Source: Botryllus schlosseri
Taxonomy: Eukaryota
Direction of reading: 5' to 3'
Length of the DNA stretch: 64,000 bases
Assembly: GCA_051294905.1 (NCBI GenBank)
Contig: CM119371.1
Location: 32,800,001 to 32,864,000, forward strand
Shown: piece after piece, positions 40,985-52,419 of the stretch
Layout of the letters: each line of letters opens with the position of its first letter
How positions within the stretch are numbered: the first letter of the stretch is position 1
Notes under the pieces: generated by a model
What the model saw: the letters and a program-made list of their open reading frames with translations, nothing else
What the model was told of the DNA's origin: nothing
Databases searched by the model: none
Program-made: the position numbers and the translations under genes

Positions 40985-41518
40985 GTCTGTCCTTACGAAG
41001 TATTTTGATCTGAAAACAATTTGCCTCAAAAACTAACAAATTTTACATGAAAAAACTTTATTTTATCGAAATTAGGGCCTATGAAGAATTTCAGTAGTTA
41101 CATTACGCAGTATGGTAGAAATAATTTTAAAAAAATTGTAGTACAACGAATGATACTTTCCTACATTTTCGGGTAGAAAGTGTCTTTCTTTGATAAGTAG
41201 CTAGCCAAGAATGAAGAAAGAACATTTAACAGCACCAGTTGTTGGCTGACAACACTGAAGTTGTGCGTACACTGCAGGTGACAAACTGTGTTTATTCAAT
41301 CTAGCAATGGTATGTCTTCATCACAATTTTTCATCTTGCGCTTCTCAATGTCAGAACCATGCAATGCTCACGCAGTCTTGCTTCAGTTGGGATATTGCGG
41401 TACGTTAAGCATAAAACAATGTCAACCTATTTGTTTCATTTGAATGTTTATGATTCACAATGAGCAGACAATGGGCTGTCTGCAACGGTAGGCTCAAAGT
41501 AGGCTACAAGCTGTAAAT
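40985..41518 (+). repeat. Interspersed repeat family E, uninterrupted copy
   Basis: Matches the spliced 23336-25286 copy in inverted orientation (e.g. CAACACTGAAGTTGTGCGTACA, TGCGGTACGTT, TTGTTTCATTTGA). Confidence 0.78.
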
Positions 41519-41757
41519 AATAAATTCCCGTATGACCGTCGTCGAGTGCGGACTGCGGAGGTCTCTCGTGAAAGAGTAATTATCGCTAGTCTTCTTTTGC
41601 CTCCTCAGGTATCGATACTTCGCTAAGTTAGGTCTTTACGTATAGTGCATTTTGAGTGTCTCTTGGGGTCTTTGTCAGGTAGTTAGCAGAGTGTATCCCC
41701 TCACCGCCTTGTGAGGGTATGTGATGGAGGGTATATCCTCTATCTCTCAAACGTAGA

Positions 41758-43265
41758 ATGGAAGCAATATCTTCAGATAGCGATAAGGGAGCTGTTGGAT
41801 CTTCCGGGAATACCAAAATTCCTGCCAGAAAATTCATGGTCGTAGATAATCTCAACGCTACGACGTCTTCTCAGCCATCGTCAAGTCAGAACTTTGATAG
41901 CTCTTCGGAACCGAGCATTATCCCGAGTGCTTCATTATCAACACTGGTGTCTAGTGGGTCATCCGCATTCATGTCGGATCCCGTCCGACCGTTATCATTT
42001 CAGGCAAAGATGGGGGATGGCGCGATATCTCCATGGGAAAGTATACAAAGCTCTTTACGCTATCATCCACAGCTACTATGGTATCAATCCACTCCCTTCG
42101 GGAGATCTTCTCCTTACGCGTCTCAATCACAAGCAAGTGACTAAAATATTGGGCTGCGTTTGGTTAAGTGACACGATCACAAATACCAAAATTGCAATCA
42201 CAGTTACACCCCACGCCGCACAGAAGTCATACACGAGTCGCGCAGTCACCAAAGAGAAATACCGGAGAGTGAATTGTTAGAAGATCTGTCAGCCGATATC
42301 GTGTCGCACCTGAAACGCCTGAAACGGAAGGCAGACAAAGGGTTTGAGCCAAGTCTATCCGTCGTGCTATACTTTAGCTCCACAGAGGTGTCCGAATACG
42401 TTACGTTCGGTTACTTACGGTTCCGTACGGAAAACCAAGCTGTTCAAAATGTGGCGCCATGGACCATGTATACAAGGAATGCCCTAATAACAAAAAATGT
42501 ATCAACTGCAATGCAAATCATAGTGCCGCTTATGTCGGTCTATAAAGAATAGCCAAAAATTCGAATCGTCAAAGAGAGGGCAAACCTCCTCTTCTCTGAG
42601 GCGAAGCGTCACGTATATAGGCCCACGTACAAGAGATTTCGTGTCCGACTTTTTGACAGCGCCGCAGGATTCCAATTCTGCTTCTTCGATAATGCCAAAA
42701 TAGTCATACGCCAAACGCAAATCATTGAAAACCAGGAATCCCTTGAACAGCAATATACCAACAGTGCCACCACCCAATAATGGGGGCTTGAGACATCTAT
42801 ATATAGATCAATCAATTGGACCAATCTGCGTTACGAAACCCCATCGCAACACAAACTGAAGATACTGCTGGCAACACGACAGTTCACTTGAATCAATTAG
42901 ATCCGATATAACTGCTGGTGATGGTAGCAGAAATCGTCAGAAATATTTAACATCGGCACAGAAGCTTTTGGCAAGTACGTTGGGCGGCATATCGACTCGG
43001 CCTTGTTGCAGAAAATGTCGAAAAACGCAGACAATTAAATTCGGAAGTACGAAATGAAGCCACGGCCCCACAACATAGCGATGGACAATAAACCGCTAAC
43101 CATATTACGATGGAATTGCCGTAGTTTAAATAAAAAATTGCCGAGTTCAATCATTTTCTATCGAACACAGATCGCAAACCAGATGTTATTCTTTTGAAAG
43201 AGACTCATCTAATCGACAAATATACTCCAAACTTACAGGGTTATCGGCTTTTCCGACACGCCAAG
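41758..43265 (+). mobile_element. I-group (I/Nimb-like) non-LTR retrotransposon 5' part: degraded gag-like ORF1 and start of ORF2 endonuclease
   Basis: Zinc-knuckle-like CSKCGAMDHVYKEC and CINCNANHSA (about 42440-42530) preceded by VTFGYLRFR. At 43081 MDNKPLTILRWNCRSLNKK, then after a frameshift PDVILLKETHL (APE N-terminus). Confidence 0.82.
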
Positions 43266-43415
43266 ATACGTTCACCGACAGTGCAAAATCCAAGGTACAA
43301 TTGAAATGTAAGCTGAAACTTTTTTGAACTTTTTTTAACAATGTTGACATTTTTCGACCTAACGCTACAATTTTGACATAATTTTGACTTTTTTTGACAT
43401 GTCAAAAAATTGCCC

Positions 43416-43913
43416 TAGGATGAGCATCGAACGGACTCGGATAGGTTTCGGATCGGATTGTGCTCAATTTTTAGGCAGTCGGATTGGATTCGGAAATATT
43501 CGAGATTTTGTTTCGGATATTTTCGGATAGTTGTAACTTTTGCTTCGGATATTTTTAGATAGTTCTGACCCCAGACGTGACATTTGATCAAATTTAAAAG
43601 AATAAATTGTCAGTTCGACAACCAAGCACCGACAGTCAACACCTCCAACACTCCAACGTTGTTCCGTCGATGGCAAATATAAATCAGCTCGCCCAAATCT
43701 TAGCCTTGGGAAAGACGACTGTAATTGTATCGCAGCGCAGCTCTACAATTAGGATTATTAGGAAAATATATTTGATTCGGATTCAGGACGACATTATTCG
43801 GACTCGCAAGGATTTTTTGATGAGATTGTTCGGAATCAGACGGATAGTTTCTCGGATACTCGGGCTGTCGGACGGATTAGGATCATCAGAAATCAATATC
43901 CGGCTCATCACTA
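43416..43913 (+). mobile_element. MITE family A (hAT-like ends), near full length
   Basis: TAGGATGAGC...GCTCATCACTA ends with many TCGGAT motifs. No clear TSD. Confidence 0.7.
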
Positions 43914-44840
43914 ATCGTAATATACACATTACGGACAGGCCACAGTATGTTACGCAGGAGCGAAAAAGCACTTTTCAAGCTCCACCCAAATAAACGCTTG
44001 GCTTGTGTCATGCATAGGATGTTCAACCAAATCTTTGGGGATATTCAACCTCTAGACCTCCAATCCGTGTACAGATTATTACGTTTCTGGTTTTGCTATA
44101 AAGCATTCAACATTGTCAAACGCACACAGTCCATCCATAGAGAACAAAGTCCGGCATTATGCGTTTCACGTACGTTCCAGAATATCTAACGACGAACGCA
44201 CGACTTATCTAACAGTTTTTCTCGGTTCCCTAGTCAAGTGTGTTCTAGTCGCGCGAGGAGCAAAATTTATTGATGTAAATGTATGAGTTTTGTCCAAATA
44301 ATATAGTTACTTGCAAGATTACTGTTAATATGTCATCCTCTGCAGCCCATCTGACCAGAAATACCGGTCGAGCTAAAAGAGGTGGTGACATCGAACATGT
44401 ATGTTATTGTAGGTAGAATGTAGAAGTGTACTTTTTGAGGAATGTTTCTGCCACACTGAGAAGATTGGTTTATATACAGTAATCTGTGAGCGGGCTCGAC
44501 GGGGATGACACTAAGTCACACGCCGAAAAATTTAAAGTTTAATCAATCCGGCTAAAATATATATTTACATTTTGTGGATTTACTTCAGGGGTCGCCAACT
44601 CAAAACGGGTCGCGGGTCACTTTTTCAGTTTCGTAGCGCCCGCGGGCCGCATGAATTCAATATATATCTAAAAACTAGGCAACCACGTTTTAAAACTCTA
44701 CGTCCGCAGAACGCCGTGATACCTAACATATGCAATGGGCATACTGACCACGAAAGAAGTTATATTTTAATAAAGGAATACAAATTCAACAAAAAATCAT
44801 TATCATCAATTTCATTTTATTTTGAACTCTGAGCTATGCA

Positions 44841-45845
44841 AGTAGTTAGTATGATCGGTCGTGATTCGCCATAGGGTTCTTATGGGATCTCTGGTGAGGT
44901 GCCGCGAAACTCGTGTTGGTGATGGCACCCTTTTGACCCCCCCTTCCGCTGATGAGGTGCCATGTGTTCTTATGGGATCTCTGGTGATGGTACCCTTTCG
45001 GGTATAGGCTTCGTCGGTGATGTGCCGTGAAAACTCGTGTTGGTGATGGAACCCTTTCAGACCCCCTATCGCTCGTGATGTGTCATTGTTTCTTACGGGA
45101 TCTCTGGTGGTGTACCATTGGTTCTTATGGGATCTCTGGTGATTCGCCATGTGTTCTTATGGGTGCGGTCGTGACTCGCCATTTTTGCTATAGGCTGCGG
45201 TCGTGATTCGCCGTGAAAACTCGTGGTCGTGACTCGCCTTTTTTGCTATAGGCTGCGGCGGTGATTCGCCTGTCATGTATTCTTACGGGATCTGTGGTGA
45301 CTCGCCGTGTGTTCTTATGGGTGCGGTCGTGATTCGCACTTTCAGGCATCTCTCGCATGTCGTACTTTCGCGTATAGGCTGTGGTGACTCGCCACGCGTT
45401 CTTATGGGTGCGGTCGTGATGCGCACTTTCAACCATCTCTCGCGTGGTATTGAATAGTCACCAATAATAACCGCACAAACGGAAACGTGGCTTGTTGTGA
45501 GGATTAAGCAGCGCGACCTATATTTCGAATGACCTGCGCGCTGAATTGTTTCACAGCCAACCGCGGTGGTCGTGACTCGCCTTTTTTACTATCGGTGGTG
45601 ACGGTGATTCACCTGTCGTGTATTCTTACGGGGTCTGTGGTGACTCGCCATGTGTTCTTATGGGTGCGGTCGCATGCGGCTATTGCGTCTTATGGCGGGG
45701 GTGGTGAGCGGCTATTGATGCTAACACGAAACCCGGGGTGGCGAGCGGCACTTATTTCTTATGGCGGCGGGTCTTATTTCTTATGGGTGCGGTCGTGATT
45801 CGTACTTTCGGTATAGACTGCGGGCGGCATGTCGTACTTTCAGCA
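44841..45845 (+). repeat. GC-richer subterminal mosaic of short repeats (probable original TIR); mirrored at 58014-59018
   Basis: Recurrent modules TTCTTA(T/C)GGGATCTCTGGTG, TTCTTATGGGTGCGGTCGTGATTCGC, GTGACTCGCC and TATAGGCTGCGG. Confidence 0.8.
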
Positions 45846-48800
45846 AAAAAGGTGTGAAATAGTTTGCCAAGTCTAGGAATCACTTGCAAGGTAATATTTT
45901 GGTATTTAGTTTACCACAGAGCCGGCGTAGACGGCGATTCGAATATCAACAATAACGACGCTCACGAATTAACACTTCAAATAGCTGTGAAATAGTTTGC
46001 AAAACCCCGCGATCGCTGACAAGATAATGTCTCGGTCATAACCATCTTTCACGACTTGGTGTCATAACCATACCGATCGCTCACGCGGTGAAATTTTAGT
46101 AATCAGTTTGTCACAGTACTTGATATCGCTGGTAAGATTTAACAAGTAACGAATAACAGACCGCGGTAACTTGAATAGCGACAAATTGTCACTTATTTCC
46201 GCTCTAACTCTAATCCTTTGTGAAGTGAACGCTTATTCAAAAGGGTGTGATATAATTTGAAAATCCAACGACCACTCACCGGATAATGCTTCAGACATAG
46301 CAATTCCTCATACCCGCTCAGAAGGTAATATTTCGGTAATTAGTTTGTCACAGAACCGTCGCAGACGGTGATTCGAAAACCAACAATTTGTCACTTGCCC
46401 GCGATCGCTATATGTTTCACACCTCGCGAAAAGTGGCTGACTTTAGTTGCGTGATAAGATCCATGAAAATATTCAATCGATGTGTTAGTTTATCAACTTG
46501 AAATGAAACTCACTACACAAATCAAGTTGAATCGTATTTGAATGTATTGATTCGACCCAACTCAAATCCGTTGACAAATCCTATTAACGCGATCTGTTGA
46601 ATCGAACGTAACCCGAATATTACTGACGCCGACTTTCAGCCGCATCGAATTATTCGCACATTCCGCGCCACTGTTTTCACACTTATAGAATCAATACCAA
46701 CTATCTCTAACCCGATAATATTCAATCATTTTGGTAATTTACCAACTTTAAATCCATTCGCGGGATGTACTAAAGGTAAATCCAAATAATCCAGAATGAA
46801 ATATTTGGACTTTGACATTGTCTGAATTGAAATATATTGACAAACATGACTGCCAACTTTCACCCAGTCACATTTCGAGATTATACTTTGAAACAATCCT
46901 TGAAACTGACAACCTCTATTCACGACTCCGTTTCCGTTTGTAAAATAGAGTTTCAGAAATACTATCGCGATATTTTAATGTGTTACTTCACACAATAGAA
47001 TCAATCAATGAAATAACACCTGTTGTAAATATTTCTAACTTGACAACCACTTGTGCGTACCGCGATCGACTTGCGACGCGATGAGTTAAATCGGAATATT
47101 TCAATCTATTTGTCGAAACCTTGAACAAACTATCAGGTCATTTTTTGTTGTAATCGAGTGAACGGAAATAGTATTACGTCTCAACATTTTAGCATCTTCC
47201 CATAAACAAAAGAGTAAAATACAAAAAACCTTGTCAAGTCAATCCGTTTGTAACTTACCCAACCAAAGCAAAAAGTATCCTTATGAAAAGTAGACAAGAC
47301 TACGCCAGTAATCACTACAATCCAAAATCCATAACAAGCTCGGTTGTATTCATATCCCTACGACGCGTCTTTTGTTTTTCAACTGTAAAAGTCGTTACTA
47401 TTTTGCAAGACAAAGTAATTACTACTTGATATATTTTATAAACCAAAGTAAATACTACTCGGTGTGTGGTTTGAGATTAACATATTACATTTGAGTATAC
47501 CGGATTTGAATGCCTGACCAACGTAGTTGAGAATTCATTTCTTACAATCAAACGCCGGTTTTACATTGAAAGGTATCATACTGTAAACATAAGGATTGAC
47601 ACATTGATTTGATATATGAGATTTTGTAATGCTCGACCACGACTTGATTATTAAATTATTCACGATAATTAGACCCGATGTTGTGGTAAAGGTTATTAGA
47701 AAATATCACTTTTGGCATCGAGTACCAGTCGAAGTGGGTGAACAATAACACCGAAAATGATAAATGCGTTTCGTGCTACTATTGATACAAGTTCATTTCT
47801 ATCAGGTGAAATAAACGCCATCACAAAACTCAGAGCATGCAAAGGTCTTGATTGATATGAATTTCGATTTGTGTCTTATGATACCAGCAAGCATTTTAGA
47901 AATATTATGATTCGTTAAACCAAAGTCGTATGTCCGATTATTAATTGATTGGAAACTTGATCACGTACCTCGATCATTACAGAAGATTATAACCCCATTG
48001 TCCGACAATCTTTTACAAAAGGATCGAAACCAAGTAACCCAAAGTCGTTGCCGTCGCATAAACAATTTGTACGACGTTTGATAATTGTACCCTATACGTT
48101 GGTGTACTAGAGATATTTGTAAAACACACTCTGGTAAAGAAATCGAAAGGATATCCTACACCTAAATCTGATAAAACCATTTTGCACTTTTTGTTCGTCA
48201 GTAGTATCCATTTTAATTTCCCCATTTCCTCTCGTCAAAGTAGATGTAATCATAGTCACTAAAGAACTTACTTGGATGTGTTTGAATTCTAGACATAGTT
48301 ATGATTTACTCAACGCAAGACCCAAGAACAACCGTAGTTAACAACCGTGCACACATATCCAAAATATCGCACACTCCACTATTCCTAAAGTACAAACACC
48401 CGATACAAAATATCACTTGTTGCGGCATCATCTTCACAATATCACCATTTTGTTTGTGTCAATTAGTTACTTTGTATGTTATCCCACAACTCTTACAAAA
48501 GTACGAAGGATATTAACATCGCACTAAGTAATTAACTTTACTCGATATTCTCGCATTACGAAACTAAAGAATGGTTGGTTAGACTCTACAAACTGTTTCG
48601 ATATCACAAGACCTTTATTGTCTGAATGGGTGTTCATGTATCTTAATAATCAAATAGTTCAACACAGAACTAGTACTAACAGAAACATCAGAGTTGTTTA
48701 CACAAAAGTTTGTATGTGTACAGTATGCGAATACCATGTGTAAGTCCGGCACAATTGCAGTATCCATTCGAGTTTAGTCAACACAAATTTATTACAACGG

Positions 48801-49789
48801 AGCCACGTAAACTTTCGTGAAAGAAAAGCATACTCACTTCCAGAGGGTTATGTCAACACCATAGCAGTTCCCCAACAACAAAGTACATATGTTTCTAGCC
48901 ACGGTCCTTACATCTTTCACATAGATCAATCTACTTTGCTAACGAAAAGTGCTGAGTCATCACATGATCGCTCTCACAACAAAACAGCTAGTAGATATTA
49001 TCATTCAAAATATTCCTAACCCTTTACACACCAGTGACAAATCATACAACGAATATGCTTTGCGGGTCGAATTGTTGTTCAGTGTCAAGTCTACCTGTTG
49101 AAACGTACATTAAATAGCGCAATCCAATTAAAACCACGAATCTATTTTCATTTCGTCACATACAGAAAAATAAATTTTCTTTCTCCAACACATACTTGTA
49201 ACCAATCGCTTTCATTAAACACACAACACCATAAAAGTATTTACTTTCTACAACATAGACATTCCGATGTAGTCAAGAAATATTTTTATTAATCAAAATC
49301 ATCGATTTCTGTTCACGGCGTTAGTGTGTGCATGTCATACCTGTGGGCCCCGTATTAAAATGGACACGACACGACTGACTGTAAGGAGATAGAAGTCTAT
49401 CACATCGATTTACATGTGGTCTTCGCTACGGTTTCAAAAAACGAATCATCTCTTTTGCATTGATCTAGACCGAGCAAGTTAGTTAATGGCCATGATTGTG
49501 TTTGTCATATGCGAATGATAGGGTTACTGTCAAATCTACATACAACAATCTTCTGACGATCATAATAGCAATTTCATTTTCCGCCCCTTCATAATTGTAC
49601 AACTCGGTAACTACGTTTAACAAGACCAATCACACTACCGGCGTTGAACACAAGATACCTACCCAAGTAAAAATATCATTCTGGTTTGGACAACTGACGT
49701 TTACCTGTGTAAAATTATCATTTTCACTTGGAGGTCCACCGTTACCTAACTAAAATACCATTGTCCTTTGGAGATTTATCGTTTACCCA

Positions 49790-50657
49790 GTGTAACAATC
49801 CCCTTTTCACTTGGAAATCTATTTTTGGCCTGAATAACAAACCCCTTTTCACTTGGAAATCTATTTTTGCCCTGGATAACAAACCTTTTTCATTTGGAAA
49901 TATATTTTTTCTCTTGGTAACAAACCTTTTTCACTTGGAAATATATTTTTTCTCTGGGTAACAAACCTTTTTCATTTGGAAATATATTTTTTCTCTTGGT
50001 AACAAACCTTTTTCACTTGGAAATATATTTTTTCTCTTGGTAACAAACCTTTTTCACTTGGAAATATATTTTTTCTCTTGGTAATAAACCTTTTTCACTT
50101 GGAAATATATTTTTTCTCTTGGTAATAAACCTTTTTCACTTGGAAATATATTTTTTCTCTGGGTAACAAACCTTTTTCACTTGGAAATATATTTTTGCCC
50201 TGGATAACAAACCTTTTTCATTTGGAAATATATTTTTTCTCTGGGTAACAAACCTTTTTCACTTGGAAATATATTTTTTCTCTTGGTAATAAACCTTTTT
50301 CACTTGGAAATATATTTTTTCTCTTGGTAATAAACCTTTTTCACTTGGAAATATATTTTTTTCTCTGAGTAACAACCCTTTTTCACTTGGGAATATATTT
50401 TTTCTCTGGTTAACAAACCTTTTTCACTTGGAAATATATTTTTTCTCTGGGTAACAAACCTTTTTCACTTGGAAATATATTTTTTCCCCGGGTAACAAAC
50501 CTTTTTCCCTGAGCAACAAACCTTTTTCACTTGCAAATATATTTTTTCCTGGGTAACAAACCTTTTTCACTTGGAAATATATTTTTTTCCCTGGGTAACA
50601 AACCTTTTTCGCTTGGAAATATATTTTTCCCTGGGTTACAAACCTTTTTCACTTGGT
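49790..50657 (+). repeat. 42-43-bp minisatellite, about 20 units (left arm)
   Basis: Unit approximately CCTTTTTCACTTGGAAATATATTTTTTCTCTGGGTAACAAA, head to tail, no spacers. Confidence 0.95.
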
Positions 50658-51524
50658 GATCCGTCGTTTACCTGAGTAAAAATATCATTTTCCTTTGGGG
50701 ATCTGGCGTTTACCCAGTGTAACAATACATTTTCTCTTGGTCATCTAGCTTTTCCTAGTGTAACAAAACCATTTTCATTTTTGAAATCTGACAACCACAC
50801 CGACAATTTGATATATTTGTATTTTCTTACAGCGAACAGCGACAAAATATACACCAACAACGACTCCGATACATTTGTCTAATCAAATATTCACTTGTGT
50901 TGGTGCATCCCATCAAAATCGTCGGTTACCCACATGCAATATCCTCTTGTACACAGAAATGCATGTTTTGGAAAATTGGACAATAGGCTTCGATAGTTCT
51001 GTGATGTCCGGGTTCGTGCTTTGGATTTTCCAGATTCAAAATGTCTGAATAAAACACCCCCTCGTCGATGGTTGGTATGTGGATAACGATGTTCGGAAAA
51101 CGGTTGGATTTATGTCACCCATCGCGATAACAATTCCAGGTCGAGTTTTCCCCCGCGCGTTTACTATATTGTGTCTTTATTGGTCAATGTATGTCTCGAC
51201 ATTCAGTTTGAAATCGGAAACCCTGATAAGTATGTAACCGGATCCGGATATCAACTCTGAATCGATAAACCAATGAACAATATTCAAAGTAAACATGTTA
51301 CACCCTGTGTTCCCACGAAAAAATACCATCCAGACATACGTCGCGCTTGTTTGCCCACATCAGTATACGCGTAAATGGAGGTGTGTGACATTGCATGCAA
51401 TGTGTTGGTATACAAACATCGATCCACAGACATTATCATAGCCGGTAGTTTTGATGTAGATCGAATGTCATCACACCCGATAACAATGTCATACCAATAA
51501 GCCACATTGCAATGACTCTGAGTC

Positions 51525-52419
51525 AATCTGAAGCGTGACATAAAGACACACAAACATCGAACCGTAACATGGGTTATTCGCACGACGGTGAAAGTGAACT
51601 ATACAGCATATACCAATAGAGCGTTCACAGTCATTCACCACGCACAATCACATACCATGGTTTTTGTTGGATATGTACGAAACCAATAAATCGATACATT
51701 TCTGTTCCTTCTACGTCAATAATACAAGCGTCATTCCAATGCATCGCTCGAATGTAAGGTTCGTCGGGTGTAAAATCCATGTCAAATAACACCAAAGTGT
51801 GCTTTCCGTGTTTTATTATTTCCACCGACGCTTCTTGTCTGTGTCGTAACACTATGGTGCGGGGAGTTGAAAAACGGCGGATTGTGAAACGGATTGACAT
51901 GACCAACAGAATCGACGTCAATAGCCTTGTGACGATGTCTTTTCAAAATGATACCGATCTCTTGTGGCGATGACCGTTTCGAAATGTCACCGGACGAACT
52001 GAATCCTTACGATGATGTGTTTTATGATTGCGTGTGAAATCGCGAGGTAGTGTTCTATTGTGGTGTACGATTGCAGTCTTCATTCCACAGAAACACACCT
52101 TATTGGATCACAGTATCAGTCCGAGATTTGCATAATCACTGTTCACGATATTTGTCTGGAGTCGTTATGTGGGAGTAGCGACATCCATGCATCGTGACTG
52201 AAAGACTGATCGCAATCAATCCGAGCACCACTTCGATAGTTCACCATGGTCAAACGCTGCAGCAGAAAACTTCGGTGTGGACAACACATTGATCGATGTA
52301 TCCAATTGGTCTGGGTGGTCTGTCCGGAGATAGGGCCATAACTATCTTGTAATGTTACAACACGATAACACAATCGAGTAAATCAGTGAACGGTGTCGAA
52401 ATATCGATGTAATAGCGCG
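51525..52419. other. Unique 895-bp spacer (loop) of the palindrome, with short minus-strand ORFs of unknown product
   Basis: No mirror match between 51525 and 52419. The minus-strand ORF 51284-51583 runs from the spacer into the left arm, and ORF 51631-51921 lies wholly in the spacer. Confidence 0.85.

Larger units (their letters stand above)
44841..51524 (+). repeat. Left arm of the giant inverted repeat (6,684 bp)
   Basis: Reverse complement of 52420-59018. The match ends at ...AATGACTCTGAGTC (51524). Only scattered substitutions and an 85-bp length difference in the 42-43-bp array were seen. Confidence 0.97.

Noticed and set aside
44812..45798. ORFs in the subterminal repeats and their mirrors at 58061-59074
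   Set aside because: Repetitive low-complexity translations in GC-richer TIR sequence with no protein motif.
49790..50657. CRISPR-like appearance of the 42-43-bp repeats
   Set aside because: Units are contiguous with no unique spacers, there are no cas genes, and the context is eukaryotic. It is a minisatellite.
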